DNA of 36,102 bases from the IMG/VR virus record IMGVR_UViG_3300017716_001925, positions 1-36,102 of that record; one strand, given 5' to 3'. Numbering within the stretch: the first letter of the stretch is position 1; the number at the start of each line of letters is the position of its first letter. Of the stretch, positions 15,387 to 25,639 are shown piece after piece. The notes beneath the pieces were generated by a model. The model did not search any database. It saw only the letters and a program-made list of their open reading frames with translations, and was not told the DNA's origin. This stretch comes from a virus (Duplodnaviria; Caudoviricetes). The translations under genes and the position numbers were made by a program.

Positions 15387-17372
15387 CTAGTCGCTATAGC
15401 TTTGGTCGACCGAATACCGGAAGAATCGGTCAAAAGCCTCGCTTGAGGCAACGCTAATTGTCACGGTTTGGCCTACGGCAGAAGTCGGCGCAGCCGTGGC
15501 AGAGGACGCCAGGGTGTCTAGCGGCTGGACGACAACGCGAAGCCGATCTAGTGGCGCATCAATCGGGACCACGCTAGTTAGCGATGTGGTCCCCGCAAGA
15601 AGCGTCACGGTCCCGCCGCCTTTTGTCCGATAGCCGGGGCAGTCGGAAATTAGGCTGCTTGTGCCGCCATTGAACACGCCCGTAATTCCGTTGTTAACGA
15701 GATTAACGCCCGTGACCGTTGTTCTAAGCGCGCCGGTATCAATCAATACCCCATAAGTCTGATTGTTGACCAGAGAAAGGGTCGCGCGGAACAGACCTTG
15801 CGGACCCGACCCGCCGCCCGTCATCGAGCAGTCGATGGCGTTGGCCCCGAAATACACGCCCGCGAAAGCGCCCGAGGACCGCACGGAGTTGTAGCTGACC
15901 TGGCAGGCAGTGAAACGAACGCTTCTCCCCGCCACAACGGTTAGGCCTGCGCTGACGTTGTTTGAAAACAGGCCCGTGATGTCAACGCCGTCGATCAGGC
16001 CGGTGGATTGGTCGATCATGACGCCCGACGCAAGCGCGCTGTTCGGCGCAATAGCGTAGGTTCCGAAGGTGTTCGACGCCACGGTCTGCGATGCGGAGAT
16101 TTGATACGTGCCAACGCCACCAGTCGCGCCGGTCAACTGTGATGTAATCGTGGTGCCAGCCGAGAAGTTAGGCCCCAGGAACTGACCCGCAGCCAGAGCC
16201 CCAGAGGTTATTGCTGTAACGGTTAGGGTCGTGCCTGCGCTTGATCCGGTGGCAATGGCGGTTGTTGCCGTTCCCGCGCTGGCCGACCACAGATTGGCGT
16301 GAACATTTGTTACCGTCCCGCCGTTAGTTGTCAGAAATATGCCATGCAAACTTGAAGTGTCGGCCAGCATACCAGAGCATAGAAGCGCCGTGACCCGTTG
16401 ACCCACGGGGGGGTAAGTCCGCAAGGCGTGCTGACAAGTGATAAAATCAGGCCAAGAGTGGATAAAAACACCGGAAACATTGCGTAGCTCAATGGCCGCA
16501 ACAGCCGCGCTGTCTCCCACACCCTTGCCAATCCAAACATCTTGAACAAGGTCGGAAGTTGAACCGGCGAGAAAATGATATTGTCCGCCGCTGATTTGGT
16601 AATTGTTTACTTCGTAAAGAAATTGAGCAGCGCCGCCATCAAAGACGTAGGCGCTTGTAAAATCTCCAGACCCGTCCTTTTGAATTCGCATTCCGTCCGA
16701 ACGGTTATCGTTGCCGTTTGCAAAACGAATTACTGCGCCCGTCTGCGTCCCGACAAAGCGGACCGTCCCGTCATTGACGCCGCACCGCGAGGTTCCTGAG
16801 AAATTAAAACAGTCGTTTGCTGAGCCTGTCCAAGTCCACCGGACAGCCGAAGAGCCAGCCCCCTGAATGACCGCCGATGCACCAGAAACCGGGACAACTG
16901 AAACCGTTTTTGTTCCCATGACGTAACTGCCTGCCGGAACGTCCACGAGCTTGCCGGTGTTAACCGCAGCCTGGTGCGCGCACCAATCAATTTCATTCGT
17001 CAAGCTATCCGCAAAAGGATAAATGACTTGCCATTGAACCAGCGTGTAGCCGGTCGTGTCTGTAAGGCCAAACGTCGTAACGGTCGAAAGCGCATGGCTT
17101 GAGCCGTCACCGATTGCGCCAAAATCTTTAACCGACACGCGGTCTCGCAACACGTCGCGCACGGGGCGAACCACCGCGCCGGTCTCTGTCCGAACCGTAT
17201 TAACTAGCGCCCCCCCAGAAGACAGAGCAAACGGGGCTTTTACGTAGTCGCTAAAAACCTCAGCGGTTAGCTGCTTAAGCGGACCCGCACCACGGAACGA
17301 CGCAAGCAAATCCGCGTCTTCAACGGTTGTTTCAATGTTTAGCTCTGCGTAGGTTCTGCGTGCGTCAACCAT
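15387..17372 (-). CDS. Tailspike / beta-helix receptor-binding protein (pectate-lyase-3-like)
   Basis: [25 protein letters not shown]...VPAGSY, followed by beta-helix-like G/N/T-rich sequence. Confidence 0.82.
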   Translation of the reverse strand: MVDARRTYAELNIETTVEDADLLASFRGAGPLKQLTAEVFSDYVKAPFALSSGGALVNTVRTETGAVVRPVRDVLRDRVSVKDFGAIGDGSSHALSTVTTFGLTDTTGYTLVQWQVIYPFADSLTNEIDWCAHQAAVNTGKLVDVPAGSYVMGTKTVSVVPVSGASAVIQGAGSSAVRWTWTGSANDCFNFSGTSRCGVNDGTVRFVGTQTGAVIRFANGNDNRSDGMRIQKDGSGDFTSAYVFDGGAAQFLYEVNNYQISGGQYHFLAGSTSDLVQDVWIGKGVGDSAAVAAIELRNVSGVFIHSWPDFITCQHALRTYPPVGQRVTALLCSGMLADTSSLHGIFLTTNGGTVTNVHANLWSASAGTATTAIATGSSAGTTLTVTAITSGALAAGQFLGPNFSAGTTITSQLTGATGGVGTYQISASQTVASNTFGTYAIAPNSALASGVMIDQSTGLIDGVDITGLFSNNVSAGLTVVAGRSVRFTACQVSYNSVRSSGAFAGVYFGANAIDCSMTGGGSGPQGLFRATLSLVNNQTYGVLIDTGALRTTVTGVNLVNNGITGVFNGGTSSLISDCPGYRTKGGGTVTLLAGTTSLTSVVPIDAPLDRLRVVVQPLDTLASSATAAPTSAVGQTVTISVASSEAFDRFFRYSVDQSYSD

Positions 17373-17374
17373 TG

Positions 17375-18469
17375 TCAGTCCTTGATAAAGTAAGCGAGCG
17401 CAATGTTGATTGGCCGCGTTTCTGCGCCGCCCGTGCTTCCGGTGTTAACTGCCTGTGGCGAGCCGGTTCCATCAGCATCCTCAACAAACGTTCCGCTATT
17501 GGCGTTCGATTGGGCCGGGACGGTGTGTGTGTGGGCCTTGAGTTCGTCAGCCTGGTTAGAACCAAGCGCGCGGGCCGTGTCGACGCCCCGTCCGTCATCC
17601 CAGCCTCGCGGGAAGTAGCCGCGAAGGTCAGGAAGGTTAAACGTCGTCGTGCCGTCGCCCACGCCGTAAGTCGTGGCAATCAGGGCAAACAGGCGGGCAT
17701 AGGTCGTGCGCGATACGGCCTGACCATTGCAGTAGAGCCAGCCAGTCGGAACTGTAGACATACCGAAGGCGACGATAGCGCCCGCTGGCATTGCGACAAC
17801 AAACGCCCCGCCAGCCCCTAAAACAAGCCCAAGCGCCGCTTGGCCCGACGTAGGGGCCGGAACCAGACCCTTAGTCCCGCCCGACCCGGAATCGCCCACG
17901 ACGGCGTTGAGCATTGACGTGGCTTGCGCTACCGTCAAATCCTCAGGAACACCGGTTCCCGCCGTGATACGGCCCTTGAACGTGTTCGTCGGGACGTTTG
18001 CCAGCTTAGCGTTTGTGATAGTAGCGTTCGGCAGCGTAACAGGGCCAACAAAAGTCGTTGTGGCGTTAACCGTCAGCGTTTGAGCCACAGTCGCGCCAAT
18101 CGTCACACTTCCGCCAGCCGTCAACGCTCCAAAAATATCGGTATTTGTTGCAGACACCGAGAGACCCAAAACACCGCCAGCGGTCAGACCAATTGTGTTT
18201 GCAGCAACCCTGTAAACGCCGGTATCAAGGTCAGCCGTAAAAGCAAAAGAGGGAACCGAAAGCGTCCCGTTGTTAACGGTAATTCCTTGCCCAAACGGGA
18301 TAATTGCCGAAGTTGTGGTTTGCCCGTCCCGCGATATAGATTGCGTAAGGGCAGACGACAGGTCAGCAAGTTGCGCCGCCCATGCGGACGATTGAATCGG
18401 CGTCCCGTCAGCAGCGGGGTTCCAGCTATTTGTCGGGGGAACGTATGTCCCAGACCCGTTTCTAGGCAA
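17375..18469 (-). CDS. Tail fibre protein with a tail-collar domain
   Basis: TTG start after GGAGG; MPAGAIVAF...[21 protein letters not shown]...FNLPDLRG; ETRPINIA. Confidence 0.9.
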   Translation of the reverse strand: MPRNGSGTYVPPTNSWNPAADGTPIQSSAWAAQLADLSSALTQSISRDGQTTTSAIIPFGQGITVNNGTLSVPSFAFTADLDTGVYRVAANTIGLTAGGVLGLSVSATNTDIFGALTAGGSVTIGATVAQTLTVNATTTFVGPVTLPNATITNAKLANVPTNTFKGRITAGTGVPEDLTVAQATSMLNAVVGDSGSGGTKGLVPAPTSGQAALGLVLGAGGAFVVAMPAGAIVAFGMSTVPTGWLYCNGQAVSRTTYARLFALIATTYGVGDGTTTFNLPDLRGYFPRGWDDGRGVDTARALGSNQADELKAHTHTVPAQSNANSGTFVEDADGTGSPQAVNTGSTGGAETRPINIALAYFIKD

Positions 18470-18492
18470 GACGGCCTCCCTTGTGGTAAGCT
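18463..18492 (+). promoter_or_regulatory. Putative extended -10 promoter for the antisense gene
   Basis: TAGGCA-N18-TAAGCT with a TGn extension; ATG lies 6 nt after the -10. Confidence 0.5.
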
Positions 18493-18498
18493 TGGCGC

Positions 18499-18666
18499 AT
18501 GGAAGTGTTTTCTTCGATCATCGTCTTCATTGCCTTCCTCCTTGTCTTGCGCGCGGAGTGGCGATTGGAGGGAATGCAAACTCGTCTGAAGCAGCTTGAG
18601 GCGAAGCCCGTTGAAGCGCCTCAGCCAAGCCGTCCGCGCCTCGTGTGGAACCGGGAGAGCCGCTAG
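18499..18666 (+). CDS. Antisense small membrane protein, 55 aa (superinfection-exclusion candidate)
   Basis: Hand-translated MEVFSSIIVFIAFLLVLRAEWRLEGMQTRLKQLEAKPVEAPQPSRPRLVWNRESR. Confidence 0.55.
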   Translation: MEVFSSIIVFIAFLLVLRAEWRLEGMQTRLKQLEAKPVEAPQPSRPRLVWNRESR

Positions 18667-21055
18667 CGGGCTGACGCTGAAGCAGGCGGGCCAGAACCTC
18701 ACGATCCGAGAAGGCTTGTCCCAAAAGGTCATTAGCCTCGGGGTTGTAGATCAGCGAGCGATTGCGGTTGAATGCGTTAAGGGCGGCGCGCAAACCCGGC
18801 CGACCCGCTTCAGCCGTCAACCCTTGAACGGTTGCGGCGGACAATCCGATACCGCCCCCGCCATTTCCGTCGTTAGCTGCGCCAAACCTGGAACGCGCAG
18901 CATCACGGCGAGACGTGGCAGAATTCCCGATAATGGCGCTATCGACCCCGGCGCGCTGGACTTCGGCTTCTGCACCTTGCATGAACCGTTCGAAAGCGTC
19001 TTGGGTCGGGAAAGCCAATTGAACGCGGTCGGCAAATTCTTGCGTTCGCACAAGGTCGCGCATAGCCCCAACGCCACCGCGTGAGGTTCTGGCGCGGGCA
19101 ACTAGAGCTTCCCCAACGCCCTTGCGGAACAGTTCGCGGGCGGTCTCGCTCATCTCTCCAAAGCGTTCGCGCAAAACCTCCGCAGAGTTGCCGTCAGCAG
19201 ACGGGTCGTCCGCGTTGCGGAACACGCCACGCCCAAGCTCTAGCGCCTCGACTTGGCTAGATTCATCGCCGTAGCGGGCGAGCCATTCGCCATATTCAGG
19301 AACTGCCGTGCGGGCGTTGTTACGGATAGCGCGGCCAATGTCGGTCAGGGCCTTCCCGCGAGACCCGTCGCCAGAGCGCCAAGCATCCGAACCCATGTCA
19401 ATCAAGGCGCGGCTTACGTCTTGGGCTGTCCGAACATCCAATGCAGCGGCAGCGGGATTGTCGCGCAAGGTGTCCGCCAAGCGCATAAGGTTTGCGCCCA
19501 TTTCGTATGTTTGTTGATCCGGCGACGCCAAAGCGTTTTGCGCCGCCCTGCGAAGTTCAGGCTGGGCAAGATCAGAACGCAGAGACCTAACCGCGTTTTC
19601 ATCCAACTGGAATTGTTGCGGGCCGATCCGGTCAATGACTTCGTTGGCGGCTTGGCGTCGAGTGTCGATCAAGCCGTTAAGCGTGGCAAAATAATTGCCT
19701 TCGCCGCCGACCTCTTGCGCCATCGCTTGCTGAATGCGGTTTCCAGCATCCGCGCGGCGCGTGTTCACGGCCCCTGTAACGCGCGTTTGGGCCGAACCCG
19801 GCGTCTGCGCCAAAACCTCAGCAACGCCGCGCATATTTGGGCCGACTACATCGACAGGAAGGCCGCCCGGCGTTAGCCCCTCAAGCTGTTTAACAAGCTC
19901 GTCAATGTTCATCCGGTCGTCGCGCGTGACCGTCTGGCGAAGTGCGTTCCCAACCCGCTGTTCAACGGACGGATTTAGCGCCTCACCAAGTGACGTTGCG
20001 GCATTGCGGACGCCTTGACCAATGTTAGGGGCCGCTTGGATACCCGCGTCCAGAACACCCGTTGCGCCAGCGCCCAGTAAGCCGCTCAGAACGGCACCCG
20101 GCGCACGATCCGCTGCGCTACCCTCGCCAGATGCAAAACCATAAGCCGCGCTTAGTGGAGCCGCGCCAGCCGCCGCCGCAGCCGTCCGCCCCACGCCAGT
20201 CATGCCTTGAAGGCCCTTGAGGCCAATTGTTCCCGGCAAAGCCAGCGAACCCGCAAAGCCAGCAAGGCCGCCCGCAATGCGCGCACCGCGATCGGTTTGA
20301 TTGCCTAGCAATTGGGTTTGCAGATAGTTTTCGCGCTCCGTGCTGTAGTCTGACCCCTTCATCAAGGCAGAGGCCAGCGTTGCGCCTTCGTCTAGCCCAG
20401 GAATTTGCTCCCCGGCGGCCATTGCGAAGTTGCCAGCGGTATCTTCCAGATTAGGGCGGCGGATATAGGCCCCGCCCGCCTGCGCCTCGTCACTTGCGCG
20501 GGGCTGTTGCTGGAAAGCGTCGCCGGGCAGCGGGTAAACGGTTCCGTCTCCAGCGCGGACGTAAGCCCCTTGCACAAGAAGCGGAACCTCATCGGCCATC
20601 AGCGGGCGGGACAGGTCAATGGGGTTTTCTTGCGTTCCGGCAGGACCGCCAACAGAAACCGCCGGAACCCACTGGCCGTTTTGAAGCGTGAGGACTTCGC
20701 CAGTTTCTGGATTAGTCGCCGTTTGGGCAGGAGCGGCAATAGCTTCCGGCATGGCGGGGCCAGCCGCTTCCGGCTGAGACGCAAACCGTTGGGCTTCCTC
20801 AAGCGAATAGCCTTGCCTAACAAGGCTTTCCATCTCTTGCGAAGACGAAATGCCTAGATCATTCGTTGCGGCGGTTTGAGGCGCTACCGGAGCTGGGGCA
20901 ACCGGCGCGAGCGCTTGAGGACCGCGCACTGGCGCAGGACGCGGGCGAGGCGCAGCCGCCTGAACAGGCGCGGGCGCGCTTTCAACAAGCGGAACCCATT
21001 GACCGTTTTGAAGGGTCAGTCGCTCGCCGGTCGTTGGGTTTGTTGCGGTTTGCAT
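18527..21055 (-). CDS. Large DNA ejection / internal virion protein
   Basis: 842 aa, Ala/Gly-rich hydrophobic segments; third of three genes between nozzle and fibre. Confidence 0.75.
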   Translation of the reverse strand: MQTATNPTTGERLTLQNGQWVPLVESAPAPVQAAAPRPRPAPVRGPQALAPVAPAPVAPQTAATNDLGISSSQEMESLVRQGYSLEEAQRFASQPEAAGPAMPEAIAAPAQTATNPETGEVLTLQNGQWVPAVSVGGPAGTQENPIDLSRPLMADEVPLLVQGAYVRAGDGTVYPLPGDAFQQQPRASDEAQAGGAYIRRPNLEDTAGNFAMAAGEQIPGLDEGATLASALMKGSDYSTERENYLQTQLLGNQTDRGARIAGGLAGFAGSLALPGTIGLKGLQGMTGVGRTAAAAAGAAPLSAAYGFASGEGSAADRAPGAVLSGLLGAGATGVLDAGIQAAPNIGQGVRNAATSLGEALNPSVEQRVGNALRQTVTRDDRMNIDELVKQLEGLTPGGLPVDVVGPNMRGVAEVLAQTPGSAQTRVTGAVNTRRADAGNRIQQAMAQEVGGEGNYFATLNGLIDTRRQAANEVIDRIGPQQFQLDENAVRSLRSDLAQPELRRAAQNALASPDQQTYEMGANLMRLADTLRDNPAAAALDVRTAQDVSRALIDMGSDAWRSGDGSRGKALTDIGRAIRNNARTAVPEYGEWLARYGDESSQVEALELGRGVFRNADDPSADGNSAEVLRERFGEMSETARELFRKGVGEALVARARTSRGGVGAMRDLVRTQEFADRVQLAFPTQDAFERFMQGAEAEVQRAGVDSAIIGNSATSRRDAARSRFGAANDGNGGGGIGLSAATVQGLTAEAGRPGLRAALNAFNRNRSLIYNPEANDLLGQAFSDREVLARLLQRQPASGSPGSTRGADGLAEALQRASPQAASDEFAFPPIATPRARQGGRQ

Positions 21056-22494
21056 CAGTCGAGACGGAAGCCAGGAGGAAGAGCCGGAACCGCGCCTTGG
21101 GGCTGCGCCTGGCCCTGCCCATACCTTTGATCGAATGCCGTGCGAGACGTGGCAACTAATCCATTCATTGCACTGTCAATTTGATCAAGCGCCGTGCGGA
21201 TTTGACCCGGCGATTGCGCCCGCTCAAGTGCCGCGACACCGTTTTGCAAAAGGTCCAAATCTTTATCAGACGAGTTACCAAGCGCCCCGCCAGTTGGCGA
21301 GTTGTTGCGAAGCTCTTGGATGGCTTGAAGCGCAAGGTTTGATTTAATCGTTTTAAATTGCCCCTCCAAATCAGCGCCCGGCGTGCCCGCAACAGCAGGA
21401 AGTCCGCCGAAGAAGCCTGCGCCGGTAAAGCCCCCATCAAGAAGCTCGCGGGCGCGCGCCGTGGCTGTCGTCACGGTATTAGCGCGGTTTTCAATACTCG
21501 TAACAGCGCCCCTAGCGCCAACCGCCGCATCGCTGCGCTCTTGCTGGCGCACGGCAAGTTGCGGATCGGGGCCGCCTTGAGCAATAACGCCGCCTTCAAT
21601 ATCCGTTCGCACCTGTCCCGGAGAAAGCGTGTAGCCTGCCGTTCTTTCATCCAAAGCGAGACGCCCTTGCGCCGTAACATCAGCCGGGGTGGGGGAGACA
21701 TTGTAAACGTCATCAACGCCGCCGCCCGCTTTGGTCTGCAAAACATCGCCGCCCGCAACAAACGTGCGCGGATTGTAAACCGTGTCACCTCGCGGGCCGC
21801 CAGTAATGACGTTTGTTCCTTCAGCAGCAGTCACCGGCCTTGCACGCATCCCAAGGCTTTCCGCCAGAGCTTCCGGGTTGTTTACCGCCGCCCACGCATA
21901 AAGCGGGTCGTTACGAAGCTCTTCGGGCAGATTTGCCATTAGAGCTTGCTGTTGCTGATACTGCCCAAACAATTCCGTTGCGCCTGCCAAATCGCCTTGT
22001 GACATCAGCAATTCGATTTGCGCTCGCATGGGGCCGGTAACGCCGGATTGCTGCAAAGCCTGTTGCGGAGCGGGCATGGGATTAGGCGATGCTACAGGCG
22101 TTTGAGCGGGCATTGCGGGCGGAAGCGCAGAGGCTTCGACCGGCGCAATAGGGGCGAGAGGGCTTTGCACGGGCGTTAGGCTGTTACCTGGTCCTTCAGG
22201 GGCAATCGCATTGCCGAGCCCTGTCGCAGGCGCGGAAGGCGCTCCGCCGCCCAAAGCCGCAGACAGGGCCGCGCGCTGGCGCTCCGTGTTCGCAGCCGCT
22301 TCATCCTGAACAGCACGATCAGCGCGGTTAGCGCCAAACTGCGCCAAGCCTTGAGCCAGCAGACGCGCGCCAAGCTCGCCGCCGGATTGAATTTGAGCGG
22401 GGGCTTGCTGCGTCTGGGCCAGAATATCGGCAAGGTATTTGCTACGGCGAACCGCAGGGCTTTCAAGGGGTTTCGGAGCGGCCTGAGTAGGCAT
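21055..22494 (-). CDS. DNA ejection / internal virion protein
   Basis: 479 aa, P/A/Q-rich; GGALGNSSDKDL; C-terminal LPPGFRLD. Confidence 0.72.
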   Translation of the reverse strand: MPTQAAPKPLESPAVRRSKYLADILAQTQQAPAQIQSGGELGARLLAQGLAQFGANRADRAVQDEAAANTERQRAALSAALGGGAPSAPATGLGNAIAPEGPGNSLTPVQSPLAPIAPVEASALPPAMPAQTPVASPNPMPAPQQALQQSGVTGPMRAQIELLMSQGDLAGATELFGQYQQQQALMANLPEELRNDPLYAWAAVNNPEALAESLGMRARPVTAAEGTNVITGGPRGDTVYNPRTFVAGGDVLQTKAGGGVDDVYNVSPTPADVTAQGRLALDERTAGYTLSPGQVRTDIEGGVIAQGGPDPQLAVRQQERSDAAVGARGAVTSIENRANTVTTATARARELLDGGFTGAGFFGGLPAVAGTPGADLEGQFKTIKSNLALQAIQELRNNSPTGGALGNSSDKDLDLLQNGVAALERAQSPGQIRTALDQIDSAMNGLVATSRTAFDQRYGQGQAQPQGAVPALPPGFRLD

Positions 22495-23348
22495 TAGCGG
22501 CGGCCAGCAGACGACAGAGCCGCAAACGGATTTGCCGTAATGGCCGCCGTTCCTAGCGAAAACAGCCCGCCCATCAATCCGGATTGTTGAGCGGAGCGCG
22601 CTTGATAGTTCTGATTTTGCTGATTCAGGCTAAGGGCGTTAGCTCCAAGAACGTCGGTCTGACCCACGCTTGTCGGCGTGTAGCCGATGCCTTGCGGAGC
22701 CGAGACCTGACCACCTGACAGCAGCGCGCCAAGTTGATTGATCGGCTCGTTTTGCTGATAGGCTCGCTCTTGCAAGCCTTGCTGACGGGCCGTGTTGTTA
22801 AACGCGCCTTCCGTAGTTCCGGCTTGAAGGCCTTGGGCAACCGCGCCTCTTTGAGCCTCGCCATATGCGTCGTTACGGTCGCGGGCGAAGTCCTCGCGAA
22901 GCGTCCGCGTTGCCGTCGAGTTAGCGCCCAGTCCCTGCGCTGCTAGCTTGGCGTCTAGGCTGGATTCAGCACGGGCAAACTGAGGGTCAAGCCGACGCAC
23001 GGCACCCTGATACGCCGCGTCCTCGTAACGCTGGCGTGTCGCCGGGTCCATGCTTTGCAGACCGGGAAGGCCTTGAGTATTGAGCGGGGTTTGCAGCGCG
23101 GTATTGACGCGCCCGATTTGCTGCGTCGCTGTGTCGTTAATTAACTGACTGACGCCGCCAAGCTCTGTGACCTGGCGATATCCACCGGGCGCGCTAGGAT
23201 CAGCCTCATAACGCACGCCGCCGTTAGGGCCTGACGTGTTGATCATGTTTAGGCGCTGTTGCTCTTGAGCGGTGCGCGTGTTCGCGTCGCTTTGAGCGTT
23301 AGCTAGCGTTACCGGATCAGGGGCGGCGGGGGGTCTGGGCTTCGACAC
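22494..23348 (-). CDS. DNA ejection (pilot) protein
   Basis: MSKPRPPAAPDP start, Q/A-rich, C-terminal GLMGGLFSLG. Confidence 0.72.
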   Translation of the reverse strand: MSKPRPPAAPDPVTLANAQSDANTRTAQEQQRLNMINTSGPNGGVRYEADPSAPGGYRQVTELGGVSQLINDTATQQIGRVNTALQTPLNTQGLPGLQSMDPATRQRYEDAAYQGAVRRLDPQFARAESSLDAKLAAQGLGANSTATRTLREDFARDRNDAYGEAQRGAVAQGLQAGTTEGAFNNTARQQGLQERAYQQNEPINQLGALLSGGQVSAPQGIGYTPTSVGQTDVLGANALSLNQQNQNYQARSAQQSGLMGGLFSLGTAAITANPFAALSSAGRR

Positions 23349-23784
23349 TTATGCGGCTCCGGTTGAAGCGATGGCAACGCCACTCGCTCGCAAGCAGGCC
23401 GGATATGATGCAATCATCGTCGCCATAACCACGCCTGACATTTCCTTCTAGTTTGAAACCAAACTTTTGAAGAAACTGGCGAGCCCGACGATTCCGTTTC
23501 GGCGTCAGGCTAGTGATTCTTTGGCACCCTAATTGATCAAAGGGATAGGCAAGGATACCCGTAACAAGGCAAGGCGTCAACCAATCGGCGCGCGTCGCAG
23601 CAAAACTTACCTCTATGTTCCGGTTGTGGGGTTGATAGTTGTTAAACACCACCCCGCCGATAAGATTATCATTTTCGTCCGCAACGCCGATAGCCTCGCA
23701 TGGCCCCCAATCCATCCCATGCCCAATCTGTTCCGCCACCCATGCTGCAATAGGCTGCGAAAACGGACCAGAGACAAGTTTCAA
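23317..23784 (-). CDS. GNAT-fold virion morphogenesis protein
   Basis: YPFDQLGCQRIT...NRRARQFLQKFGFKLEG; usual slot before the ejection genes. Confidence 0.82.
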   Translation of the reverse strand: MKLVSGPFSQPIAAWVAEQIGHGMDWGPCEAIGVADENDNLIGGVVFNNYQPHNRNIEVSFAATRADWLTPCLVTGILAYPFDQLGCQRITSLTPKRNRRARQFLQKFGFKLEGNVRRGYGDDDCIISGLLASEWRCHRFNRSRISVEAQTPRRP

Positions 23785-25460
23785 AGCTGGCCGCCGGTTT
23801 GAACCTGAAACTTGACGTTAAAGGCGATGACCTCAAGCACGGACTCCGAACGAATATCCGTGCTAATTTCTACGGCGTCGCCATCAGTCGTCACGCCCAG
23901 AAGCGTCCCGTCACCAATCGCAACGTCAAAATACACCGCCGCGTCGATATTCTGGCGCATGCGCACCGCGCCGCAATAACCAATGCCGGTAACCGACGTC
24001 CATGCGTCGCGCACTTCAACGCCTGGCGACCACAAACCGGAGCCCCATTCGGCAGTTCCCCACACTCCTGAAGGCGATCCGACTACAGTAGGAACGGCAG
24101 TAGGGATGGCCTCTCGAAAATCTGTCAGCACCTCAACCGCTGGCCTGCCATCGCTGGATGACCGCAAAATCGGTTGCAGCATCTCAAACTTCTTAAGCGA
24201 CCCCTTAGACCCAAAATAGTTAAACGCCGTTTTCAAATCACAGACAATTTCGTTCCCGTTGTCCGTTGCGCCAACATCCCATTGGTAAATTCCGTCAGTA
24301 GCGCCAAACATAATGTTGCCGTTTGCCGTGAACCAGCAGAAGGCGTTCAGGCCGATAAATCGACACCACGCGCCCGTCTGGACGTTCTGCACAAACTGGA
24401 CAGAGTTGGTCAGTTCAGAAATTGGAATGTTGAAGATTGCCAGCGACCCGCGCGCATACAACGCGCCTTCCCAGCCAAAGTTATTTCCGTAAAGGCGTTG
24501 CGCGTTTTGGAACGCCAATTGAATTTTCTGAGTCAGGGCCACGAGGTTTTCTTGCGCGCGGTCTAGCTTCAACGCTTGCGACAGCGGGACCACGCCGTCT
24601 GAAGTCACCACGACCAAATCAGAGCCGTATTTAACAAGCGACCGGCGCGACAAAGGGATTCCGATGTCATACACGCCGACCAAGGCCCAATCGTTAGCGT
24701 CTGATGGGTCGACGCCCTGATAAACAGCGACCTGGCCTTCCGACGTGACATAAACGGCCAAATCATCCGCGCCCGACCCGCCGTCAACGGTCCAATTGGC
24801 CTGGCAGACGAGCGTTCCGCCCTTGTCAAAGATGGTTCCTAGGTCAAGAAGCCCTGACGCTCCCTGAATGGCTTCCGGGGCAAGAAACCAGACGCGCAGG
24901 CTGTTCTTTTCGACCCAATGCGTGCGGCCCTTATGCTCCATCACGTCAATCAAATTAGCAGGGTCGAGCGTCAGAGAACCAGACGTTCCCGTGATTGACA
25001 ACGGAGCCCATGTTGACCCGGCGTAATAGATCGGGTCCGCCTCGCCGTTAGCCGCCAGGATAAACGTCCCGCCGTCATTGGCGAAGTTAATCCATTGGAA
25101 GCGAGCCCCGCCCGTTCCGGTGTAAACCTCCGCAGGCGCATCGCCGCTAAACGAAACGTCATAAATCTCATCGCCGGATGCGGCAAAGATTTGATCATCA
25201 CCCGTTCCGCGCAGAACCATTCCGGTTTCAACAGGGTCAGTTAAGCCGGTGGACCACGCAGCGGACCCGCGCCGAGTCTCGACGTAGCCAGCGCGCGGAA
25301 TCCAGTTGTCGAGAATAACCGCGTTTTCAGGCGGCATATCGGCCACCGGGCTTTGTGCATCCCAGCCGCCGACAGGGGCGGGGATAGCGCGACCAATAGA
25401 AACGCGGTTTTGCGTGATTCGCTTGGCAGGCTGGCGACCGTATCTCATAGCGCGACCCAC
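23781..25460 (-). CDS. Tail nozzle / DNA-stabilisation protein (start may be about 25448)
   Basis: IPAPVGGWDAQSP...AVILDNWIP; size and position after the adaptor. Confidence 0.8.
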   Translation of the reverse strand: MGRAMRYGRQPAKRITQNRVSIGRAIPAPVGGWDAQSPVADMPPENAVILDNWIPRAGYVETRRGSAAWSTGLTDPVETGMVLRGTGDDQIFAASGDEIYDVSFSGDAPAEVYTGTGGARFQWINFANDGGTFILAANGEADPIYYAGSTWAPLSITGTSGSLTLDPANLIDVMEHKGRTHWVEKNSLRVWFLAPEAIQGASGLLDLGTIFDKGGTLVCQANWTVDGGSGADDLAVYVTSEGQVAVYQGVDPSDANDWALVGVYDIGIPLSRRSLVKYGSDLVVVTSDGVVPLSQALKLDRAQENLVALTQKIQLAFQNAQRLYGNNFGWEGALYARGSLAIFNIPISELTNSVQFVQNVQTGAWCRFIGLNAFCWFTANGNIMFGATDGIYQWDVGATDNGNEIVCDLKTAFNYFGSKGSLKKFEMLQPILRSSSDGRPAVEVLTDFREAIPTAVPTVVGSPSGVWGTAEWGSGLWSPGVEVRDAWTSVTGIGYCGAVRMRQNIDAAVYFDVAIGDGTLLGVTTDGDAVEISTDIRSESVLEVIAFNVKFQVQTGGQL

Positions 25461-25639
25461 GATCCCGACTGATTTTGGTAAAGCTGAGAACCTACAGCAA
25501 ACAGGTGCCCGTCGCTACCAGCCGAGGCAGTCGGAAGCGCAGAACCATAACCCGCCGCCAGACCGGCAAGGGCGACATTGATTTTCTTGCGAAAGGTCTC
25601 AATGTTTTTGGTGTCAGAGATTGAGACAACGTAGATCAT
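25445..25639 (-). CDS. Small tail-associated protein
   Basis: 64 aa; ATGA overlap with the adaptor gene. Confidence 0.6.
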   Translation of the reverse strand: MIYVVSISDTKNIETFRKKINVALAGLAAGYGSALPTASAGSDGHLFAVGSQLYQNQSGSWVAL

